The notes under the pieces were generated by a model that worked only from the letters and a program-made list of their open reading frames with translations, made no database searches and was not told the origin of the DNA. Source: Octopus sinensis (Eukaryota). From it: 28,837 bases of DNA. This document shows, piece by piece, positions 20,860 to 28,837 of the stretch. A program made the position numbers and the translations under genes. The stretch covers positions 1 through 28,837 of the forward strand of contig NW_021833190.1 in NCBI RefSeq assembly GCF_006345805.1, written 5' to 3'. Numbering within the stretch: position 1 is the stretch's first letter; every line of letters starts with the position of its first letter.

Positions 20860-21571
20860 AAGGTAGCAGAAGGAAGGAAATAAAAAACGGAAAGAAAGAA
20901 AAAAATTGGAGAAAAAATTATTCAGTCAAAAAGCTTAGAGTAAATATGGTGGAATTCACCTGCCATTTTATTAATTCCTCCGGGCTGAGATGTCAGCAGT
21001 CCACAAGTTTACCTATCCTTAAGGGTTTTGAGGACTAAAAGTGCAGGGAAGTGCATTTTTTGAAAATGTGTACCTTCAGGTCTTCCTCATACTTACACCT
21101 GTTTGATGTGAAATGCTCCGCAAGTTCCGGGGAACCAGTTATTGTGCCGGACGTCGTGCCTCTGTCCGTTAAATCTTTTTTGTAACCGTTCTGTTGTGTA
21201 ACCAACATAAACCATTTTTGTATCTGGTGCATTCCACTGCATACACCAAATAGGAATCCATACAGGTCCATCCTTCTGTGTAAATCATAACATTTCAGTT
21301 ATAATTCTTGATAGAATTGATCTGACTCATGTTATTGCACAACGAACTGGTAAACCTCTCTTATGGGTGTTTTTTTGAGGGGGCAGCGTTCAGAAACTCC
21401 AATGAAGTTTTTATTAGAGGTACTGGTCAATATTTCTCAATTTCTATCACGTTTAAAGGCTACAATTGGTGAAAGAGGAAATATTTGTCGAAAACGAGGA
21501 TATTTTTCTGAAATATGTCGATAACTGTCACGCAACACTTTCGAAAAGTGTGGCATGACAGTTGCTGGTGG
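20860..21571 (-). mobile_element. Penelope-like element GIY-YIG endonuclease/C-terminal fragment
   Basis: Across frameshifts: RQIFPLSPIVAFKRDRN, TCMDSYLVYAVECTRYK/MVYVGYTTERLQKRFNGQRHDV, ELAEHF, QPGGINK; stop at 20922-20924. Cut at 21571 by a SINE A copy. Confidence 0.85.
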
Positions 21572-21815
21572 TACTCTTTTACTCGCTTCATTCATTTGAC
21601 TGGGGCCATGCTGGAGCACCGCCTTTTAGTCGAGCAAATCGACCCCAAGGCTTATTCTTTTTAAGCCTAGTACTTATTCTATCGGTCTCTTTCACCGAAC
21701 CGCTAAGTTACGGGGACGTAAACACACCGGCATCGGTTGTCAAGCGATGTTGGGGGAACAAACACAGACACACAAATATATACGCACATGCATACATACA
21801 TACATATATATATAG

Positions 21816-21861
<46 letters not shown>

Positions 21862-21984
21862 TATTATCTATATATATATATATATATATAGAACGGTCTT
21901 CTTTCAGTTTCCGTCTACCAAATCCACTCACAAGGCTTTGGTCGGCCCGAGGCTATAGTAGAAGACACTTGCCCAAGGTTCCAC
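21572..21984 (-). mobile_element. SINE family A lacking the tRNA-like head
   Basis: High similarity to 272-693; ends at CCCAAGGTTCCAC. Confidence 0.9.
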
Positions 21985-21989
21985 ATATT

Positions 21990-22220
21990 TGCTGCATAGA
22001 GTGTATCTGTGTTTGAGGATTTTTTTGTTTAGGTCGTTTTATTGAATTGATAGTGTCTTGCGTAGGATGTGGGCCGCTCCCAACAGGGCTAATTATTGAA
22101 CAAATTAGCAGGGTTAATTATTGGACAGTGTGTAGTGTTGAGGATCCAGGTATAGTTTCTACATTTTTGTTCATTTTTTTATCATACCCAGCGCACCAAT
22201 AATTACTGGTATTGTTTTCA
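21990..22220 (-). mobile_element. RLE-type LINE C-terminus (R4/Dong-like), degraded
   Basis: KTIPVIIGALGMIKK (22175-22218) and LLGAAHILRKTLSIQ* (stop 22039-22041) are typical RLE ORF ends. Confidence 0.75.
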
Positions 22221-22532
22221 ATGATCGGGTTCATTTTTAGAATTCTTGTTTGTGAGAGCAGTCGAGTTTATTTCAGATATTCTCAATTTAAAAATATCTC
22301 TGGCTAATCTTTGAGAGGACGTTGGTGTTACCTAGACGGAGATTTGCGCTCTCTCGGTGCTCTTGTTCCGGTTTAATTTTGAATGTTTCAGCGTTTCCTA
22401 TCTTTGAATTTCATTTCATTTTAGATTTAGAACTTGTAAAAAACACACGGAGTCAATCTCTATTTATTACCAACACCAGCCGCGCTCTTCGTATTGTTTC
22501 TTTACCTTCGTACAGTGTAACTTCAATCTTGA

Positions 22533-22597
<65 letters not shown>
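22533..22597. repeat. (AAT)n microsatellite
   Basis: Pure run, possibly the tail of an unidentified plus-strand retroposon. Confidence 0.97.
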
Positions 22598-22599
<2 letters not shown>

Positions 22600-22913
22600 G
22601 GCTACCAATATAATCTCGCTGGGGATGGAAACACGAGAAAAAAAATTACATTAAGCCCATTTCATGACAAAAGGAGGAAAATGAACAAACAGTAAATCTG
22701 GAAATTACTTCGCTAGATTCACTCTCTTATTGATCAAACAATAAAAGCAAAGTGTTGAGTAATAAAAGTGTGTATGAAAGAGAATATCGTTTATTTGTTA
22801 ATAAAATAGCCACACGTCCATAAAAGTTTAGGTCTATACGGTGGGTGTATAGGGGCACAAACACAGACATAAAGACACACACACACACACACACAGAGAC
22901 ACAAATATAGATA

Positions 22914-23134
22914 TATGAGGGGGTGCTGAAAAGTTCCTGGCTTTGGGTGAAAGAAAATACAGGGGGATCAGTTAATTATGATTTTATTCAACATGCTCCC
23001 TCATCAGATTCACACACTTATTTCAGCGGTCCTTCAGTTTTTCTAAGCCCTGTAAAAGAACTCAGAAGATTTGGCCTCCAACCAGGCCTTTCGCGATACT
23101 CTTAAAGCCAGGAATTTTGCAACACTCCCTCGTA
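22914..23134. mobile_element. mariner-type MITE with TA TSD
   Basis: TA-TGAGGGGGTGCTGAAAAGTTCCTGGCTTT ... AAAGCCAGGAATTTTGCAACACTCCCTCG-TA; ~28-bp TIRs, TA on both sides. Confidence 0.88.
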
Positions 23135-23169
23135 AACCTAAACTCAGAATTTATATAAAGTCTGTGCTA

Positions 23170-23730
23170 AGTCAGTGTTAACGGATGAGCAAAGACATGC
23201 TTGTTCAAAGTCATGAATATAAAGCGTAGTAGAATACAACAGAAAAGACAAAAAAGAAAAAGAGGTGCTAAAGAAACAAGGAAAAGAAAGGAACGATCAA
23301 AATAGAGTCTTTCATAGAAAGGCAGTTCCATGGAATTGTTTAAGGTCCAGAGGTTAGATTTTCCAGTTGACTAAAATGTATGTGTCTAGGTGGGGGCATT
23401 TTGTACATATTTCAGTTTTTGAGCTGAGGCAGCCATTTGAGGTTTTTAAACTTTGTAGAATGTGTGTCCTCCCTGCTGGACAGAATTTGCGCTTCTTTGT
23501 TGTCATAGTCGATCTTCCAGTCTTTCAAAGACCATATATGTCCTACAAATACTATAGTTTACCATGTCTTGATGTTTGAAAATGACATGGTTGTAAAGTC
23601 TTTGTTTGAACTGGCCCTCGTTCATACCTAAATAATATTATCTCTCCATTGTTTGATTCGGCACTGCTCATGTAAGCTATGCCACGTGCACAACCGATTT
23701 GATATTGCATGCTGAGTCTAAAGAGGATTC
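23170..23730 (-). mobile_element. Penelope-like element GIY-YIG fragment (Naiad-like)
   Basis: CNIKSVVHVA...YYLGMNEGQFKQRLYNH..FKH, HIWSLKDWKIDY, TEICTKCPHLDTYIL across stops and frameshifts. The extent of the purine-rich UTR part (23170-23350) is uncertain. Confidence 0.75.
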
Positions 23731-24020
23731 ATCTTTCTTTCTACATAAACATTTAGTGTAGGCTAAGAATTTCACATTACGAATGGAGGAGGAGATTAGC
23801 GAAACAGTTGAATGATAAAAACATCTTTACGAACGAGGAAAAGTGTTTAAACTTGGCCATTGAATACCTCATCGTCTGACTATTTTCCATCTTAATCAGA
23901 GTTTCCCTTCGGCTCGTCATTAAAGACTAAACTTGCTGCCGAACCTTTCTTGAGTAGAATCATATGTAAGAAATTGAGAGTCGGTAAGTATATTGTCAAT
24001 GTATGTAAAATAACCACGTA

Positions 24021-24440
24021 CAAGAGCGGCTGTGTGGTAAGAAGTTTGTTTCCCAACCACATGGTCAGGGTTCAGTCCCACTGCGTGGCACCTTGGGCAA
24101 GTGTCTCGGGTTGTAGTATCAAATCCGCTATTGTGAGCGTATTTGGTAGATGGAAACTGATAGAAGCCCATCGTATGTATGTATGTATGTATGTATGTAT
24201 GTATGCATGTATGTATGTATGTATGTATGTATGTATGTGTTTGTGTATGTGTGCGTGTTTGTGTGTGCGTGTCTTTGTGCCTGTGTTTGTTACCCACAGA
24301 CCGCTTGACAACCGGTGCTAGTGTGTTTATGTCCCCGTAACTTAGCTGTTCGGCAAAAAAGCCAATAGAATTAGTACTGGGCTTTAAAAAAATACTTTCG
24401 ACTTAAATGGCCGCAGTCTAATGACAGAAACAGGTAAAAG
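24021..24440 (+). mobile_element. SINE family A, older subfamily with small deletions
   Basis: Head GGCTGTGTGGTAAG/GGTTCAGTCCC, internal (TATG)n, deleted 3' part, GGTAAAAG tail. Confidence 0.88.
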
Positions 24441-24552
24441 TGCTGCGGGCACTGGGACCAGGTCGTAGATTTTGGGGTACCTGTCTTTCTCCTCACCAGA
24501 TTCGGAGGCCCTGCAAAGGGTCGTGAACACTACCTTTCTTCCTGACTTAAAG

Positions 24553-24572
24553 ATCACACACACACACACACA

Positions 24573-24603
<31 letters not shown>

Positions 24604-24643
24604 CATGCACACAGTCATTCACGCATGTGCATGCATACACACG

Positions 24644-24678
<35 letters not shown>

Positions 24679-24740
24679 CACATACACAAACACACGTGTA
24701 CACGCATACACACATACACATGCACACGTACATACACACA
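24553..24740. repeat. degenerate (CA)n array
   Basis: Direct reading. Confidence 0.92.
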
Positions 24741-24919
24741 CGGCTTGATTAATGCAGTTATTTAACCCAATTTATATTACGGCAACAATCAAAACTACTC
24801 TAATCGAACATAAATCAATAAATAAAACTGCAACTGATTGATTCCTTACTGATAATTATTGATTCTCAAGGTATTTAACTAAATGGTAAAAAGTTTATGA
24901 TAGGAAACGCCAAATTCTT

Positions 24920-25131
24920 CGTTTCAGACTTATTTTAATTAGAACTTTTACAAAAGCTGTTAATGTTCTTCGGTCTGGAGATGTAATTACACTTGAAGAA
25001 TTCTGGAAGAATTTCAATATTAAGCATGCAGTTGGAAACATTCATTATTATTCGTGGGAAGAACTAACAACCAGTTACATGAAGGATGTCTGGAAAAGAA
25101 GATATTTCAAAAAGGCAACATGTTTTGCGTG
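24920..25131 (+). mobile_element. pogo/Tigger-like transposase DDE C-terminal fragment
   Basis: Open frame from 24923: FRLILIRTFTKAVNVLRSGDVITLEEFWKNFNIKHAVGNIHYYSWEELTTSYMKDVWKR, resembling Tigger RRTF...TL.EFWK.YNI..AI.NI..AW.EV....MN..WKK. Not in the ORF track because it has no ATG. Confidence 0.65.
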
Positions 25132-25179
25132 AAAGTGCTAATGATTTTCTTGGCTTTGAAATTCCCGTGAACAATGGTT

Positions 25180-25476
25180 TCAAATTTTGGCACAGCACCA
25201 GTAATTTTAAGGGGAAGCGGGTTAGTCGATTGCATCGACCCCGTATTTTATCGACCCTGAAAGAATGAAAGCAAAACCGACCCTTGGCGGAATTTGAACT
25301 CAGAAGGTGAAGAAGTGGCTGTGTGGTAAGTAGCTTGCTTACCAACCACATGGTTCCGGGTTCATTCCCACTGCGTGGCACCTTGGGCAAGTGTCTTCTA
25401 CTATAGCCTCGGGTCGACCAAAGCCTTGTGAGGGGATTTGGTAGACGGAAACTGAAAGAAGCTCGTCGTATATATG

Positions 25477-25556
<80 letters not shown>

Positions 25557-25852
25557 CGTTTGTGTGTCTGTGTTTGTCCCCCCCCAACATCGCTTGATAA
25601 CCGATGCTGGTGTGTTTACGTCTCCGTAACTTAGCGGTTCGGCAAAAGAGAATAGTACTAGGCTTTAAAGAATAAGTCCTGGGAGCGATTTGCTCGACTA
25701 AAAGCGGTGCTCCAGCATGGCCGCAGTCAAATGACTGAAACAAATAAAAGAGTAAAAGAGTAAAGAGTAAGCGAAAAAAAAAAGAGAAAAGAAAAAGAAA
25801 AATGCCACAAAGCATTTTAATCGATGTGTTGACTATTCCACCAGTTTGCCGT
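25180..25852 (-). mobile_element. old SINE family B copy split by a SINE A insertion
   Basis: Tail and core at 25180-25309; remaining head AATGCCACAAAGCATTT...CCAGTTTGCCG at ~25800-25852. Confidence 0.7.
25310..25770 (+). mobile_element. SINE family A, full length, well preserved
   Basis: Intact head, internal (TA)n(TG)n, 3' half and (GAGTAAAA)n tail. Confidence 0.93.
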
Positions 25853-25872
25853 TTTTATTTCTGTCAACAAGT

Positions 25873-26253
25873 TCCAAATTTGGCACAAGGCCAGCAATTT
25901 CAAGAGAAGGTGGTAAGCCGATTACAGCGACATCCAGTACTCAACCTGTACATATTTTGCGGACTCTGAAAGGAAGAAAGATAAAGCTGACCGCAGCGGA
26001 ATTTGAACTCAGAACGTAGCGGGCAGGCGACATTACCTGTTTCTTTATTACCCACAAGGGAAGAAACAAGGACAGACAAATGGATGAAGTCGATTACAGC
26101 GACCCCAGTGCGTAACTGGTACTTAATTTATCGACCCCGAAAGGATGAAAGACAAAGTCGACCTCGGCGGAATTTGAACTCACAACGTAACGGCAGACGA
26201 ATTACGGCTATGCATTTCGCCCGGCGTGCTAACGCTTCTGCCAGGTCACCGCC
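25873..26253 (-). mobile_element. SINE family B dimer
   Basis: Junction ACCTGTTTCTTT at ~26035-26046; head end GCCAGGTCACCGCC. Confidence 0.87.
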
Positions 26254-26271
26254 TTATCTTCTGTTAATATT

Positions 26272-26477
26272 GGTTCCAAATTTTGGCACAAGGCTAGCAA
26301 ATTCTAGGGAGGGGGTGATCAATTACACCGACCTCAGTGCTTAACTGGTACTTGTTTTTTCAATGCCGAAATGATAAAAGGCAAAGTCAACCTCGGCGGA
26401 ATTTGCACTCGGAACGTATCGACGCGCGAAGTACCGCTAAACATTTCGTCCAGCGTTCTAACGATTCTGCCAGCTCG
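26272..26477 (-). mobile_element. SINE family B monomer
   Basis: TTTTGGCACAAGGC tail, core, GATTCTGCCAGCTCG head end. Confidence 0.85.
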
Positions 26478-26892
26478 AACACTGCTGTCGCAGACAAAAA
26501 AATAGAATAAGAAGAAAACAAGAACGATTTCGGTTTTGAAATAAAAATAAATAATAAATAAATAAATAGATAAATAAACAGATAAATAAATAAGGAAAAG
26601 TAAGAATTTTCCACTGAAGGATGATACAAGGGACGTAACTGTAATATAGTTGAGAGTAACCTCCCTTGAGAAATAACTTTGCGTTGTTTTCAAGTATTAG
26701 ATTGACAATCTGAAGGAAAAAGATGGACGACTTGGAGAGAATTCGTGGGACGATGAAGCGAAAGCAACCGGTCTTTCTCAGTCTGAAATTAAGTAGGTAA
26801 CCCGAGATCGAATCCATTGGTATGAATGAGTCTCAGGCGTATTCTGGCGTGAAGTATTGACTTTCTTTTTTGCTCTTATAAATCTGAAAAAG

Positions 26893-26902
26893 CACACACA
26901 CA

Positions 26903-26933
<31 letters not shown>

Positions 26934-27006
26934 ACACACACACAACCACACACACACCACACACACACACACACACATACACACACACACACACACGCAC
27001 ACACAC
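26893..27006. repeat. (CA)n microsatellite
   Basis: Direct reading. Confidence 0.95.
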
Positions 27007-27114
27007 TGAGAGTGTTACGGCGAAAATTAATACACCGCTCGTATGCATCTTCTGATATATATCAGACACATTTCATCGTAAGATATGTACAATTTAATGA
27101 GATCTTGCGTTACA

Positions 27115-27890
27115 TATCAACTTTCTTCTACAGCTGCCTTCTGGCATGAGATGGAATCTGTTTTCTGTACGTTTTCGGTGTTTATTGCATCTGCCACACA
27201 CAAAAGCCATCTCCCCAGTTAACCTTCCTTCGATATTGCAGCACCTCTTATGTGTCCATAGCCTACACTGGATACATCTTATGGAGTTTCTACCTATGCC
27301 TTTCCTACAGATTGAGTTGGGCCATCTACCTGAAGGGATTTGTACTTTGTCTGCTTTCCTACTTACTAAGACTTTGGATTTTGCTAGATTGATTCTAAGG
27401 CCCTTCCATTCTAGACCTTGCTTCCACACCTGAAACTTCTCTAATTCTGGTAGTGACTCAGCTATTAGAGCAAGGTCATCAGCATAGAGGAGCTCCCAGG
27501 AGTAGCCTGTCTTAAATTCCTTTGTTATTGCCTGGAGGACTATGATGAAAAAGAGGGAGCTGAAGACTGATCCTTGGTGAACCCCTACTTCAACCCGGAA
27601 TTCTTGGCTATACTCATTGCCAAACCTCACCTTACTGACAGCATCCTGGTACATGGTTTGCACAGCCCTCACCAACCACTCATCGATTTCAAGTTTCTGC
27701 ATTGACCACCAGATAAGAGATCGGGGGACCCTGTCAAAGGGTTTCTCCATGTCAACAAAAGCCAAGTACAAAGGTTTATCTTTGGCTAGGAGCTTCTCCT
27801 GCAGCTGTCTTAGAAATATAGCATCAGTGCTTCTCCCTGGCAGAAACCCAAACTGCATCACATCTAAACTTACTCTCTCCCATTCATATA
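27115..27890 (-). mobile_element. RTE-clade LINE reverse transcriptase fragment
   Basis: ORF 27094-27933: QFGFLPGRSTDAIF, AFVDMEKPFDRVPR, GVHQGSVFS, LLYADDL, KGLRINLAKSKV, then a Cys-rich C..C...HKRC...C..C segment. Confidence 0.93.
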
Positions 27891-27899
27891 TTCCAAAGC

Positions 27900-28140
27900 A
27901 ATTGGAACCTGTGGAAGGGTAAGATGAAGGCAAATGTGAACCAAAGAGGTGAAGACAAACCTTAAGATGCTGTCATTACACTCTTGGAGTGATTGGTATT
28001 AGGAAGGGTATCCAGCCAAAGAAACCATGCCAAATCAGACTGGAACTTGGTGCAGCTCCCCAACTTACCAGTTCCAGTCAAACCATCTAACCCATGCCGG
28101 CATGGAAAGCAGACACTAAATGATGATGGTGATGATGATA
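27900..28140 (+). mobile_element. RTE LINE extreme 3' end (ORF C-terminus, shortened 3' UTR, (GAT)n tail)
   Basis: GGAACCTGTGGAAGG... reads GTCGRVR*RQM*TKEVKTNLKML (compare RTE GxRxRGRPRKTWxExV). Followed by a stem-loop (28038-28079), a perfect palindrome CCATGCCGGCATGG (28092-28105) and a TGATGATG tail. Confidence 0.7.
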
Positions 28141-28539
28141 TATAATCGTGTATATTCTAAGAGATAAAGTAGGATAACTACTGTGCTGATAATGCTTACA
28201 CAGGCAGAAACATGTACAGAGCTGTTTTCTTGTCTCCCGACAATGACAATTAAACCATCTTTTTCTTGACAGTATATCTTTTCTCAAGAACTTTGTTCCT
28301 CAGAATTATCTCCCCTTCTCATTTGGAGCTATTCACAATTGCCACCAGGTGATTGTTTCACAGAATGTGAAAATTGAGATAATTGCAATAAATCGACAAT
28401 GTATGGCTGCACGTTATTTAACAGACCATTCTTCATCTTTCTTGTCCAATTACATGCCATGCACCATCCTGAGTTGTTTCTCTTGGATCAATTTCCATTT
28501 ATGTGCTTCTATTTTAGTGCTTTGAGAGTCATGGTTTGT

Positions 28540-28675
28540 GTGAATGTGTGTGTGTGTGTATGCATATATATATATGTGTGGGTATTCATATATATATTAT
28601 ATATATATATGATATACATAAATTACGTAATTACATATATAGATAGATAGATAGATAATAATAATATAGAGATAG

Positions 28676-28708
<33 letters not shown>

Positions 28709-28758
28709 TAGATTGATAATAGAAGATATATACACACATACATATATACACATACATG

Positions 28759-28837
<79 letters not shown>
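28540..28837. repeat. (TG)n/(GATA)n/(GA)n/(TA)n compound microsatellite
   Basis: Direct reading. Confidence 0.93.

Noticed and set aside
22220-22532. Possible extension of the Dong-like element, or a plus-strand element ending in (TAA)n
   Set aside because: Translation gives no convincing motif in either orientation.
23640-23720. In-frame TGA in the Naiad-like GIY-YIG fragment as selenocysteine
   Set aside because: The fragment also has TAG/TAA stops and frameshifts, and no SECIS was identified, so the TGA is most simply decay.
445-28650. Most ORFs in the six-frame track (poly MYVC, HTYI, IYLS, YI, VC, S/H/E runs)
   Set aside because: They are translations of microsatellites or non-coding SINE sequence, with no protein-like complexity.

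Overview
Repeat-dominated eukaryotic DNA with no complete host gene, RNA gene or CRISPR array that I can support. The repeat families (tRNA-derived SINEs with internal microsatellites, RTE LINE, abundant (CATA)n/(TA)n/(GATA)n) look like an octopus/coleoid cephalopod genome; this is inference from recalled repeat families, not a database result. Nearly all supplied ORFs are microsatellite translations. The real coding remnants are transposon fragments: three Penelope-like pieces, four restriction-like-endonuclease (RLE) LINE pieces, one CR1-group RT, one RTE RT and one pogo/Tigger transposase. There are also about 25 SINE copies or fragments from 3-4 families, plus several MITE/Helentron-like elements. 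The most unusual structures are: (1) a ~955-bp near-perfect palindrome built from an internally deleted Penelope-like RT (6531-7485); (2) two copies of an RLE LINE both embedded in (CATA)n arrays; (3) an RTE insertion with an inverted 5' part; (4) a recurrent dimeric SINE and a module shared between SINE families. I found no convincing new multi-gene biological system. Protein family assignments come from manual translation and remembered motifs; coordinates of degraded elements are approximate.
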